Source: Octopus sinensis
Taxonomy: Eukaryota
Assembly: GCF_006345805.1 (NCBI RefSeq)
Contig: NC_042997.1
Location: forward strand, 176,080,001 to 176,144,000
Direction: 5' to 3'
DNA: 64,000 bases
The translations under genes were made by a program, and so were the position numbers. Below the pieces are notes generated by a model. The model had not been told where the DNA came from. It saw only the letters and a program-made list of their open reading frames with translations, and searched no databases. Shown here one piece after another: positions 49,401-63,208 of the stretch (positions are counted from its first letter, which is position 1; each line of letters opens with the position of its first letter).

Positions 49401-51549
49401 AAACCCTACTATGCACAATCGCTTACGTACACACACACACACACAACATCCATTTAATTAACCTCGTGCCTACATTTTATTTATGCGCGCACACACACAC
49501 ACGTACTCAATCGTGCGTATTTAAATATAGTACCTCTCAATACTGATTTAATTAAGTATAAAAATACGCTCTTTTAGTCATCACTTTACGAACCGAAGCC
49601 AGACTCGTCTGTCATAAGTTGTACAAATATTAATATAATTGATATATATGGATACCTTGCTTGTTTTGTCACTACTACATGTAAATTTCGTTTCTTCATT
49701 TTCTTCTCTCTCATGTATATTTTATACATAATTGTCGAACCTCTTAAAAAGGAAATCTCTATATCTACCCACGCTTTCTCTCTTCCTCTCTCTCTGTGAA
49801 TGTGGTTAATTTGATAAGTAGATTACACTTTGATAAGAGTAGAATATCAATGTGGTTTATTTACAAACAATCTCGTGCATATTTCCCAGAAAACTTGTTC
49901 TTGCTTCTATGCTGAGATGAGCTATGCAAATGTTTACTTCTCATACTAAATCAACGTTGTTAAAATGACGCTGACTTGTTCCATGGCTGTACTGCTACCA
50001 ATAGCAACAGCATCAACGAGATTTATCACTTAGTGACTGTTAAGTAATGGTTATTATAATCGATAATATTATGACTAATCATCTTAATGTTAGGTTAATG
50101 GTAGAGTGTAGAAGTGTAACTGACATAGGCAAGAAAATTGCCATAATGGCAATGTAGATGATGATGAAAGGGGGGCTATGAGGATTCTAATTTACTGCAA
50201 AGTCAACAACCTATATAGTTATTAAAGATGAGAGATAATGAGCTGTGAAGCACCTGCTTCTCCACCGAGTAGTTAGTAAAGGAGGTGAAAGGAATTCTAG
50301 AAGTTAATTTGATTCTCTAAGAACTTGCTTAATAAACACGATACCCACCACAAATAGCAGAGGGGAAAAAAGGAAAAACAAGCTTGTAGCTACGATATGG
50401 GCGGCGGCAGCGGTAGTAGTATCACTAGTGCAATTGTCAGTGCTGACAGCTAAAGCAAACAGCTGTAAGTTGAAATGTTAGACAACAATCGAAGTAATTA
50501 TTAGCTACAGTGACAACTTGTTGCTTGATGAGGAATAACATTCAAATCTCCTTCAAATCATCCCCAACCTTCTTAAAATGACTATTCGAAATAGCCCTAG
50601 TTGTAATGCCCTTCGTCTTAGCTCTGTTCGGCCAGAATAAACCTGGGTGAATTATTTTAACATAAGCGATGTGCGCTCGTAAATTTAACCGAGCCTTGTT
50701 TTAACATATTTTTACTTCTGCCATAGCCTACTATCAACATCATGATACAGATGTTTCTTTTTATAATGATGAAATTTGTTCATTCATTACCGAACTTAAT
50801 TGTAAAAATTACAATAAATCTGTATTATTAAATGTGTTTCTTGCTTTTCCTTTCCTTGTCACTTTCGAGAGTCCTAGGTAAAGGTTTCATCAGACTTTTC
50901 AAATGGGGTTTCAGCACCCACTTATCGATCTTTCTTCTCTCCTTTTTTTTTCATCTTTGCATTTCTACATTCTCCATTCATTTTTATATAATAAGTAGAT
51001 TTGATTTGAACATTTGGAAGATGAAAGCATAGTGTTACAAACTCCATAACAACATGCTCAAATAAATCAAAATATCAGGTAAAGAGAAATGTATTGAAAA
51101 TTATATGGGCACTTTTTTTCCATTAATGATTAAAAAGATAAGCATAGAAGCGTTATTATGAGAGATCTTTGGAATAAATATGATAAATAAAAGTGTAGTG
51201 GAACCATAAGACATTAGTAATTAATTAGATGGAGTTATCAGTTAATCAACTTAATCACTTAGTGGATTATCCTACAACTGTGCTGCAACAATGTAAACAA
51301 ATAATACACCCTACCATACTGGAGAAAACCCCTCAGAACCAACTGTAGTTATTTTAGCAACACATGCAAGATGTGTTTATGAAGAAGCCAAACTCTCCCT
51401 TATATAACATCCTACCATCTTCAAAAAAGAGTACATTAGATAATGCTATCCTAGATGCACTATATGCAATATTGAGATGGTTATGACTGGAATGCCTTCG
51501 AACATTGATCAGTTTGGTCAGTATTGACCTGGGACTAAAAACGCACTGA

Positions 51550-52010
51550 CACTCAACAAAACCTTCACCTCTTTCAGCAGCACAAAGACTCAGTTGCTAT
51601 ACATATCAAGGAAAGGTTTCTTCCTACATTCTCTACTCTTGAACAACATATTATTAAAACTTTGAAAGTCACTACAAATGCTAAGCCTGATCATCTCTGA
51701 TCTTTCATGGTGGCCTTCCCCATATATTATCAAAACTACATGACAAAAGCTAGGATTCTTCTTTAGAGAGAGAAATTACTTCAGCCCATATGTTGACTTT
51801 ACTCTCTAAAGCTCAAGTAAGACTCACATCTGAGTACATTTCACATGTGTGAGATGTGCTGCTACTGTACACTCAAATAACCAAAAGAAACTATTTGAAT
51901 GACTGGTTAAGATTCCTTCACTAAAGCACAACCACCTGTTGCTCACGTTTGCTGTTTCTTGTTACCTTCTACTACTGTTATCTCAGCCTCTGCAGCTCTG
52001 AAATAGTTTT
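51550..52010 (+). mobile_element. Old LINE RT C-terminal remnant
   Basis: Degenerate KAQVRLTSEYISHV resembles the KAQVRPxxEYxSHVW motif of LINE RT C-termini. Confidence 0.4.
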
Positions 52011-52030
52011 AGTTGTATACCCCTTATTTA

Positions 52031-52595
52031 TTGGGTTGTCCAGAAAGTTTGTGCCGAATTTTAAAGGAAAGAAAAAGGTCAATAAATACTTGCCATTACA
52101 TTTTTAATCAACCAAATATGAACCATTTTGTTGCACAATGCATCTCCATCTTTCCTTTAACTTGAAAATACCCTCTTCCCAGAATTGAGGTGGTTCATGG
52201 CAAAGAATTCATCAAGGTATCTTTTTACGTCATCCAAGGATTTGAAATTTTTGCCATTTAGACTATTCTGCAGAGACCTGAATAAGTGGAAATTTGAAGG
52301 AGCAATATCTGGTGAATATGGAGGGTGGGGTAACACATCCCAGCCGAGCTGCAGCAATTTTTGTCTGGTTCCCAAAGCATCAAGTGCCGAAAATGAACTT
52401 TCTTATCTTCCATTTTAAAGGGTTACAGAATTAACAGAGGTTATAGGAACATAAATCTTCCTCCATGAAAAGGTAGCTTAAACTGTGCTCTAAATGGAGG
52501 TGTAGTCAAATCCTATTTTATGGACTCAACCGTGTTCTAAAATAAGTCGAAAGGTAAGCTACTATTAATTGGCATGAACTTTCCAGACAACCCAA
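52031..52595 (-). mobile_element. Mariner (Tc1/mariner) element, internally deleted, 565 bp
   Basis: TA TSD and ~28-bp TIRs (ttgggttgtc(ca/tg)gaaagtt...). Transposase remnant WDVLPHPPYSPDIAPSNFHLFRSLQNSL. Confidence 0.95.
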
Positions 52596-54563
52596 TACAT
52601 CCAGCTAACCTAGCAAAATCTCAAATCTCAATCCCTATACTAACCACTGTTCCCAATTACACCTTTAGAACTGCATCTTTCTGAAATTCCATTCCCATCC
52701 ATGATTTTCCTGCAGACATTTACCAACAGATGTTCAGCCTGAACATCAACCATATCAAATTTGCCTTCCAGAGATGGCTTTCAAAGGACTAATTTATAAT
52801 AAATCATCTGTAATAAAAGTATAGGAAATGTACAACAGCTGTTAAAAAAAAAGTAATTGCTGAAAAGATTGAGTAATTAGCAAGGTAGTTATTGTAAAGC
52901 TAGTACAAGTTTAGTTAGATTTGGTTGAAATGTAGTTTGAGTTTGAACAAGTACATAGAAATTCAGGTGTTATATTTCTTATAAGAAACTGAGAGTTCTT
53001 ATCCAAAAACAACTTTATGCTTGTTAACTTTGAGAAAACTTGGGAAATGGAACCAATATTCTATAATGTAAATGGTACATGACAGCTGTACTAGTTCTAT
53101 ATGAGAATCCTTAACAATCAAAATCAGAATTGGCAGTAACTTTAATGGGAATTGTCCACCTAGATTCTATTTTCTCTTCTTCATAAGGTTTTGCAGAAAT
53201 CACACAGTATAGCTTATGACTGGTTGTTCTTCAAAATATTTCTAAAAACAAAAATGGGTGGGATACATTGAAGATAATTGGAGAAGAATTGAGTTAAACA
53301 TTTAGGTTATGTGGGGATGGTACTCATTTAGTGGGAATGGTATGTAGTCAGTAAATTTAGAAGACTGGAAGTAATTTTTGTAATGTTAGAAGAATTAGAA
53401 ACACATTAAACTAATGAGTGCTAGGAGAAAAGTTGTTGGGAAGACTACAAACCACAAAACTTTTCTGCCAATTGTCAAAAAGTGGTTTAAACGCGTAGTA
53501 CATCATGATACTCTAGCTCTGGCAAATATGGTCATGTATACCCTACCTCATCTGTAAAAGAGGTTTAGGTAGACTACAACAAGTCTGGTCGAGTAATGTC
53601 AATTAATGGACAGGGAGGATGATGGTGGAAAAGCTTGATGATGACCAGCAAAGTTGGAGGAAGATGAGGGTGTCAAATCTGTTATCGTGCTCTTATGGTT
53701 TCCTTAGGGTATGGATTTTGATTGATTGTTTGAGAGGAAGAATACAAATGACTAATGGGCAAGTGGTTGTAGATTCTATGAGAAAGCTTCTGAATTGTGC
53801 AGTTCGGTTTGGGTGGAGGTACAGCCTTGAAAATATGTGTTTACACTATCCCAGATGGGTGCTCAGTTACAACTTATAAAATCAACAATAGTTCAGGGAT
53901 GAGATATTTTGTCTGATTCTGATAAGAAAAATTCAAATTTAAAAGTATTTCCCATAATCAGGAGCTAGAATAGCATAAATATATATGATTAAGCCTGTAA
54001 TAAAATATCTAAACATTGCATCTGTAAATAAGCTATTAAAATTTGGCTGATATTACTTAATATTTTAAATTTATTTTAAATTTTTTTTCTTTACACCTAC
54101 ATTTTTGTATTTGAATTTCAGAATATGTTATCTGAAATAAATTATTATAATGTATTTTAGTAGATATATTTGCCCAGATCAAGCAAAATAATGGTTAGGT
54201 CTAGTTAGTACTGGAACAACATTTACAATTATCTCTGTTCTACCCATCAACTATTATTATCAGGATTTTCATCTTATTATTACTATGACTACAATCATAA
54301 ATCAAATTTTATTCAATTTATATTCACCAATGTAAATTTCAAAATATAATTAACACTTCTCTAGTTATAATAAATGGTTTTGTTAGTATTAAAATGAATT
54401 CATCAGTTCTGTCTTCTTTGTGTAATAGGGAACTGAGAAAACTCCCCTCTTACCTAGTGTTCTGAAAATTTAATCTATGAATATCACTTGAAATCTTCAC
54501 TAAATTCACTTTCCTAACACTGTTAACATTGATTAACTGAAGCAGTTGCCTTCTCTAACTTAA

Positions 54564-54927
54564 CCCTTTCGTTACCAACCTGGCTGAAACCAGCTCTGGC
54601 TCTGTAGTACAAATGTCTTGTTTTCATAAGTTTTGAATTAAAATCTTCCACCAAACCTTAGTCACAATTTATGTTCCTAACACTAGCTTAATGATAACTT
54701 AAGTTATTTCACTAAATTGTTGGCGTTAGGAAGGGCATCCAGCTGTAGAAACATTGCCAGATTAGACTGGAGCCTGGTGCAGCCTTCTGGCTTCCCAGAA
54801 CCCCGGTCGAACCGTCCAACCCATGCTAGCATGGAGAACGGACGTTAAACGACGACGATGATGATGATGATTTAAAATAATTGAAAGAAACACAGAGCAT
54901 CTCAAAATAAATATGGCAATGAAAGGG
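54564..54927. mobile_element. piggyBac-type MITE family 1, interrupted by a family C fragment (54718-54871)
   Basis: TTAA|CCCTTTCGTTAC...GAAAGGG|TTAA, homologous to 10614-10833. Confidence 0.8.
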
Positions 54928-56343
54928 TTAATGTTCTGGCAAGAAGAAAACACTTTTTGTTTTTCTTTTTAGGGCTAACTGCCATTAGATAATGATGTAG
55001 AAGAATTTGATATTATTTCCAAAATGGAGCTAAAGCTAAAATTGATAATCACTCTCCCTTACATTCTTCCTATAATGGATACAAAGTGGAAATTCTATTC
55101 ACAGTTTAAATACATCGCTAATTGTAGTTTATTTGTTATAATTTCCAGATTAACATGGGTGGAATGAGATTGGATGGAGCAGTTAATTTTACAGCAGGAT
55201 ATTTTTCAAATAATTAGCTTCTCAGAGTGAAGTAGTAGTAGTACTGTTTATTGGCAGCTATACTGAGACAAGCTGAGTTATGTGCCTTGCCTAGGGATAC
55301 AACTTTATAGCTGTACTGGTTAGGTGCTGATCACAGAATCAGTAGGTAGTACAGCATTACAACCTCTCAGCTAATCTCTGTCTTTACACATCTTTATTTT
55401 TCCAATGCGTTATTACTGGAATAGCTTTAGATTTCTGGTCCATTTTACTCTAATTCTGTACAGTAGACAGAAGTACAAAAATGTCATCACCATTCTCCTC
55501 CTCAATATTGCAATGTATTTAGTAACCCCTGAATAAGTCACTCCTGAATAAACAGACCTACAATGAAAGATTTTCCATTCGTGACCACTGTATCTCTTTA
55601 TCTTTATTATATGTATACTCTTTTACTTGTTTCAGTCATTTGACTGTGGCCATGCTGGAGTACCACCCTTAGTCGAGCAAATCGACCCCATGGCTTATTC
55701 TTTGTAAGCCTAGTACTTATTCTATCGGTCTCTTTTGCCGAACCGCTAAGTTACGAGGACGTAAGCACACCAGCATCGGTTGTCAAGCGATGTTCAGTGG
55801 GGACAAACGCAGGCATACAAACATATACACACACACATACATACATATATATATATACATACACACACATATACATATATATGATGGGCTTCTTTCAGTT
55901 TCCATCTACCAAATCCACTCACAAGGCTTTGGTCGGCCCGAGGCTCTAGTAGAAGACACTTGCCCAGGGTGCCACACAGTGGGACTGAACCCAGAATCAT
56001 GTGGTTCGTAAGCAAGCTACTTACCACACAGCCACTCCTACACCTATATATAATTTTATGCATTTGTAGAGGGATTTTTTTCAAAAGGTTAAGATTGGGA
56101 GAAGAACTTTTTGGAGAGTGGAATAGTATGTAGGCTTTAATGAATTATTACAGCCTACACACAATTTGTGAGGTTCCTTCCTAGAGGTTGGTACCATTCT
56201 GCTCTCTAAAAGATTGTTTTTTTTCTTAATCTTCACTTTTTGAAAATAATCTTTCTCTAAATATTATAACTGTATCAAGTAATTTCCTAAACTCTCTCTC
56301 TCTCTCTCCATATATATATATATATATATACATACATACATAC

Positions 56344-56538
56344 ATACAAATTAAGGACTGAACATGAAAAGTGGACAGTCAACATGCTAGATATAGACGT
56401 CAAATCACCATTCTCCACAATGCTTTGGTTTTGTGCTGAGTTTTATTTGAGAACATACTCTTTGTAGAGAATGGCGATTTGACGTCTATATCTAGCATGT
56501 TGACTGTCCACTTTTCGTGTTCAGTCCTTAATTTGTAT
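56344..56538. repeat. Near-perfect inverted repeat, 77-bp arms and 41-nt spacer
   Basis: 56344-56420 versus the reverse complement of 56462-56538 differs at 3 positions by eye. Confidence 0.95.
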
Positions 56539-56619
56539 ATAAAAATATTTTAATCTTCGGATTCTTTTTAATATGCTAGACCACTGGTTTTAATTGACTA
56601 ATATCAATTTCTACCCTTA

Positions 56620-56654
<35 letters not shown>

Positions 56655-57614
56655 GTGGCTGATGACAGTACCGCCTAATTGGCACCCATGCTAGTGGCAC
56701 GTTAAAAGCACCATTTGAGCATGATCGTTGCCAGTGCCACCTGACTGGTTCCCATGCCGGTGGCACATAAAAAGCACCATTCAAGCATTGTCGATGATGC
56801 CAGTGCCACCTGACTGGTCCTGTGCCGGTGGCATGTAAAAACCATCATTCAATCATGGTCATTGTCAGTGCTGCTTGACTGGCTCCTGTGCCGGTGGCAC
56901 GTAAAAAGCACCATTCACGCATGGTTGATGCCAGTACCGCCTGACTGACCCTCGTGTCGCTGGCACATAAAAAGCACCCATTACACTCTCAGAGTGGTTG
57001 GCATTAGGAAGGGCATCCAGCTGTAGTAACTTTGTGAGATCGGATTGGAGCCTAGTACAGCCTTCTGGCTTGCCAGCCCTCAGTCAAACCATCCAACCCA
57101 TGCTAGCATAGCATGGAAAGCGGACGTTAAACGATGATGATGATGTATCAGGTCAATGAAGGAGAATCTCTCTCTGGGGAAAATAATGAAGTGTTTGTTC
57201 TCTCAACCTTTGAAAGTTTATGTTCTATCAACTAAGACAGTTCCAATTGTAGCTTTTTAAAAGATAGTTCCATGTATTAATAGCTGTGTGCAGAAAGTGC
57301 ATCTAGAGGAGATGTATAGGTGTGAAAGTACTAGTCCTTGTACTACAACTTTTGAATTGTAGTTCATTGGTCTACATAGTTCATTTTATAGAGTGATGTT
57401 GTTACAATAATTTCTTCCCTGTAATGTAAACTATTTTGACAACTTTTATTTCATTAATTGTAACAATTTTCAGAGCTTTCATTTGGACAGAGTTGAGCTG
57501 GCTGAGTGTATTTTGTGTGGTGCATTTATCTAATATAGACAGGGTTAATCCACATTACTCCATAAAGAGCATAGGGTTAGTTTCTTGATTTTTCTGGCAT
57601 ATATATTCTTCTGT

Positions 57615-57785
57615 GGACAGGACACCAGTCATCACTGGATTACTCATTTTTATTAGCTTATTGGACTGGAGCGACATGAAATGAAGTGTTTTTGCTCAAG
57701 AACACATCACCTGGTCCATGAATTGAAACTACAATCTTATGATCATGAGTCCAACACCCTGACCACTAAACCATGCACCTCCACC
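57615..57785 (-). mobile_element. Older tRNA-derived SINE
   Basis: Minus-strand head gtggaggtgcatggtttagtggtcagggtgttggactcatgatc...gtttcaattc followed by a CORE-like ttcttgagcaaaaacactt. Confidence 0.6.
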
Positions 57786-59629
57786 TAAGATAGATAGACA
57801 TGCACCATAATTTTTGGGGCTTGTGTTTTGTAGTTGGTGACTTGTCCTCCTGTCTCTAGCTTGCTTATGATTTTGCATAGTGTACCAAACTTCTGAGTAT
57901 CTTTGTTACTTATGAAGATGTAAATTCTGCAAATACCTGATTGCTGTCTGTAACTACACCTAAAATATTGGACCAGATTATCTGATGCAGCTTCCTTTTC
58001 ACAAGAGAGTAGTGTGTGATTTGAGAAACATTTGGCTACTATTTTCAGCAAGTTAAGTAAACATATGGAACCCCCATCTTCACTGGTTCATGAAATCTAA
58101 ACAGATCCTTCTACTTTGGCTGTTTTTTTCCCCCTTTTTGTGTGTGTATATTTTTATGTTGATAAAGCAAGGAAGTATGGCAGATTGCTACAATTCAACA
58201 AAAGATATTTTCTGCTGTCAATATATATTAGTAGCATTCATTCACATCACGTTTTTGTCTCCCCTGCATACATCACCAACTGAAGATGTCCTTTAAGACT
58301 CGCTTGTCATTTCAGCTTATTTATGCTTGCCTTTCATGCAAGTTATTATGCAGGACACTACCAACTCGTGTGTATGTGTGTGTGTGTGATTTTTTGTTAA
58401 TAAAGTGTCTCAATCAGTAAAAGTATTTGATTATTTTAGTGGTGGCTGTCTTTAATTAACATATTGTTAGCTTCTGGGAGAAAAAAGTAAAAGGAGAAAC
58501 CAAGGAACATGTTCTTTGTACATTACTTCCTTCATTTCTTTCTCTCTTTTTTTATTCCTGATATTTTCTATTACAACTTTCTGTCATCAACCACATAACG
58601 TGACATGAGAAAAGCATCTGTTCAACAATACTGACTGGCCTATCTGTATTTGTAAGGAGAGATAACTTGACAAGTGGCCAGTATCTGATTCTAGTCATAG
58701 GCTGAAAAACTGCACTGTACACATGTAAACATTATAAGCTGCAGTTGTAATGCATAGCTCATTTATCAAAGTTTCGCTATTGATAATAATTGATAATCTT
58801 TGAAAATATTAAAAAAATAACTGTGTATGATTTTGTGTGTATTTGAATTTATTCAAACTATGAAGTACAACATCAACTTTGGGTTTTCTGATGCCTCAGC
58901 CTGACAATAGTAATTGTTAATTCCCTTTCTAAGCTTTCATTTAAGCACAGTCAAACCTTGTAGAGAAAAAGAATTTTGAATTTTATGCCAGATTTGCAAA
59001 TCTGTATGTTAGTTTAAACCGGCCATATCCGGCCCAAATTTTCTACTTCTTTTATGGTCAAACCATCTAGATCTGGCCTCTCACTCATATCCTACAATGA
59101 CATCCGCAAAATAAACCATCACATCATCAAATTCTCAGAGCTACAAGATAATGCAGGATTAATTCAAAACAATGTGAATGAAAAAGCATTATATTTGACA
59201 GAGTAATCTGAATGCTAAAGGGTTAAAGTAGCATAATACTACTACAAGCAATGGCTGATACTGCCATAGTGCCTGGTCTTAGTCAAGCCTATCAGTTTCA
59301 CTAGTAACTCAAGTCAATTATAAATATAATTTATTAAGGTGAATAATTTCAATTTAATCTAATGATATTACCCAGACTTGAGAGTAAACTATGCAGTTTA
59401 TAAATTATTTTCAGATTAGTTAGCTCGCATCATTAGTCCTCTAGATAGAGAAGTATTAATTCTGATAATGTCAGTTGTTCTAATGCTGTTGATATAAACT
59501 TCCAAACCCATTGTAAGCATGTATTTTTGAACGTGAGTAAACTCAAAGTTCACCTGTTCTTCTGCATTTCAAAACTCAATGTTTTACATAAGAATAACTT
59601 GACTGGGTGTCATAGTTTCACTTAATTAT

Positions 59630-60338
59630 AATAAATAATAATGAAATTATTGTATACAGTGCTCAGGTGCACCACAACTTGTCAAAAAGTGCATATAAAG
59701 TATATGCAGTAATGTACAAATGTCTGGAAAGTGAACAATGTATGAGTCAGATACATGCTTGCATGTGTGTGTGGAGGGGAGAAAATCAGGTGTAGTGTTG
59801 GCGAATCTCAGGAAGCATGGAAGTTTTGAAGGATGCAGTGCTCCAACAACTAACAACTGATGCTGGCAGTTTGTTCCATGCTTCAGCAACTCTTAGCGTG
59901 AAAAAATGTTTCCGAAAGTCATGGGAGCTGTGTTGTTTTCTGACTTTGTAAACATGTCCACAGGTGTTCGACAGGTGGAGTTTGAAAAGGTGCTCAGAGT
60001 TATTGTTTGTAAGATGGTTAATAATTTTATGGGTGTCTGCCAAGTCAGCTGCCAGACGTCAGAGTTTCAATGTGTCCATGCCCAGGGAAGTAAGGCATTC
60101 AGAATATGGCAGATGCCTGATGGAGGGTATTCTCTTGGTTGCACGTCGCTGAATGGCTTCCAGACGATTAATATCCTGGGCAAGATAGGGGTTCCAGACC
60201 GGTGATACAAATTCCAGGTGATGTCGTACCATAGCTATATAAAGCCGCAGATAAATAGCCGGAGAGTGGCTCACAAAGGACTTGGTGAGTGATGCCTAGA
60301 CACCCTCAGCCTTCTTGGCAATTTCAGCGATGTGTTAT
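59630..60338 (-). mobile_element. CR1-clade LINE, 5'-truncated
   Basis: Closely matches 11553-12250. ORF pieces HLEFVSPVWNPYLAQDINRL and FFTLRVAEAWNKLPASVV. Confidence 0.92.
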
Positions 60339-62905
60339 CAAGCCTTATTTGCAATTATGATATTTTAAAGTAATTTGCTTATGATAATAGGGGAAGTGAT
60401 TGTCTTTACATGCCATCAATATGAACTTGCATTCACAAACTTGATTTGCCCTTTTCTTAATTAACACCCAATCAATGTCATGTTTATTCATTGTGTAGCT
60501 TGTGTAATGTCTGTAAAATTCACTGTTTACATTACCTTTTGAAAAAAGGTAAGGCATTAAAATTAAATGATTTTTTAATGAAAATTGTTTGTAGCCAGTG
60601 ATCTTACACCAAGGATTGAACCATCTGTGACTTAATTGAAAATTTAACACTATTACTACTAAAGGAGTCAACATTATACAAGAAATGAATGTATCCAAAT
60701 AATAATTTATTCCAAGCATACATTCTTATAAAAGAGTCAATATATTTTTTTGCTTCTCTACAGACTGGCCTACAGACTGTTATTGTTACAAGTAGAGTAA
60801 GTCTCTTATCATTCAGGCTTTTACCAGCAGCTCACAATAATACTTTTATCAAGAACTCTAGAGGACTACAGCCCTTAGTTGTTTTTATCCACAAAGCATC
60901 TCAACATTTCAACAGTCAGCGACTGTACAGACTAATTATTGCAACTCGTTATATCAGCCATGATAAAGAGCTTGTTTACCATTTATCTAATGACTGGTTC
61001 TGTAGCCCTGCAAATAGTCATTCTTGGAGAAAGCATTCATACCACAGCTTGATTTGAGTCATATAGCTTATTTATCTTTCATTTCTCTACACGGACTAAA
61101 CCGACTTTGATAAATTGCATGATTATTGAAATATGTACTGTTGTACAATTTACCTCCATAAACCATTTTGCAGCTATTGCAATCACATGCCGTTCTTCAG
61201 CCTATACAGCTGATAGTTACAAGCCATTGCAGCTTACACATTGTTCAACTTCCATCACATCAGCAGAATATCCTTCATTTAGCTAGTCTTAATATGAAGC
61301 ACATGCTCAAGTTAATAGAGGTGTCGGTGCTGATAGTGAAATGGTTCAGTAAGAGACCATACCACATCATATCCCAATCCATATGGTCTGTTTCATCATC
61401 ATCATCATTTAACGTCCGTTTTCCATGCTAGCATGGGTTGGATGGTTTTGACTGAGGGCTGGCAACCAGATGGCTGCACCAGGCCTCAATCTTGATCTGG
61501 CAGAGTTTCTACAGCCGGATGCCCTTCCTAATGCCAATCACTCCGAGAGTGTAGTGGGTGCTTTTTATGTGCCACCTGACTATCCAAATCAGTAATTTCT
61601 GCCAGTTCCCATAAGAAAATATATTTATTCTTTCTTATCTTTACCTCTGCAGAATCATGTCCTCCAAAACATGCAAGACTTTCAAAATGAACATGTATAC
61701 CCATATATAAAATTTAACCTGTATCAACATTAATATTTTTTTAACCTGTTCTCACAGTCTTTCACAGTAAACACTTTGAACCATTGTTTATATCAGTCTG
61801 AATTTAACTCACCACTTAAACTGAACAGCTCTAGTGCAAGGTGGGAAAAGTACAAAATCACTGTGTAGCTACCAACTGCATTTTCTCTACAATTGGTGAC
61901 CTTCATATGCTTATAGAAAAAAAAGTGTTTTTTTTTGTTTTGTTTTTTGTGTGGGTGGGGTGCAGAAGTTGCAGTGCAAAGTTATATACATATATTATTT
62001 ATTTTCCACTTGTTCCATATTCAGTGCAAACCTTGTCCAATTCTAAGTGGTGCCATATTTATTCAAAGTAATATAAAAAAGAGGATTTTTCATTGCCAGC
62101 CTCGTCTGGCACGTAAAAAGCACCCACTACACTCATGGAATGGTTGGCATTAGGAAGGGCATCCAGCTGTAGAAACACTGCCAGATCAGACTGGGCCTGG
62201 TGCAGCCTCCTGGCTTCCCAGACCCCAGTTGAACTGTCCAACCCATGCTAGCATGGAAAGCGGACGTTAAACGATGGTGATGATGATTTAAAGCAATTCA
62301 AAATCATATAAGCAGCAGGGTGTTTACATGAAATGTAAGTGGAGATTTGAATTTAATCAGTAATATGGAGTTTAGGGCTGGTTAATTTACTGTAGTAAAA
62401 ATGAAAGGCAATAAACCTTTTTTGTTTACAGGAACTGGCAGAAATGAGTTACTGCATTGGGTATTCATGCAGCTAAGTATTGAGACTAACTGAATAGAGA
62501 GTTTTGGTTTAAAGTAGAAATCCTATTGATGTAATAGAGGTTGAAATATGTGTGAGTATAAGATGCATAAGCTATAAATGGCTTGTGGCTGTAAGTTGTG
62601 TAGCTTTTCATGTATCAGTATTCTTACAACTTGTCATAGTTAGTTTATTCCATACAATGAAATGCTAGTTGTGTGAGCTGTTTTACTCAAATCAAGCTGT
62701 GATATCAAAGACTAAATAAATGTGTGAACGTTCTCTCTGGGCAACATGACTATCTGCAGGGCCAATAATACTTAGTCAACAGAGAAGTGATAAATGAGCT
62801 GCACATCATCATCATCATTGTTTATGGTTCATTTTCCATGCTGGCATGAGTTGGATGATTTGACAGGAGCTGGAGAGCTGTCCAGGCTCCATTTATCTGA
62901 TTTGG

Positions 62906-63208
62906 AGGCACTTGGCCTAGTGGTTAGAGCAGCAGACTCGTGGTCGAGGGATCGCGGGTTCGAATCTCAGACCGGACGATGTGTGTGTTTATGAGCGAAA
63001 CACCTAAGCTCCACGCGGCTCCAGCAGAAAGCAATGGCAAAACTTCTGCTGGCTCTTTCACCTCAACTTTCTCTCACTCTTTCCTCCTGCATCTAGCAGC
63101 TCACCTGCAATGGACCGGCGTCCCGTCCAGGTGGGGAACCTATACGTCAAGAAACCAGGAAACCGACCCTTATGAGCCAGGCATGGCTCAAGAAGGAACA
63201 AACTACAA
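62906..63208 (+). mobile_element. tRNA(Arg-like)-headed SINE, family D, variant 2, nested in a family C fragment
   Basis: 16-bp TSD catttatctgatttgg at 62890-62905 and 63209-63224. The head retains ggttcgaatc. Confidence 0.85.

Noticed and set aside
56655-57000. CRISPR-like array
   Set aside because: The context is eukaryotic, the spacers are homologous to each other, there are no cas genes, and the units are part of a dispersed retroposon.
60764-60796. 33-nt candidate exon 2 of the WW gene (strong acceptor, gtaagt donor)
   Set aside because: Joining to the phase-2 TA creates a TAA stop, and the sequence belongs to a repeat also present at 63620-63670.
61653-61720. Candidate exon after ...ttacctctgcag
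   Set aside because: It begins with A (TAA stop when joined to exon 1), has no WW-like residues and no convincing donor.
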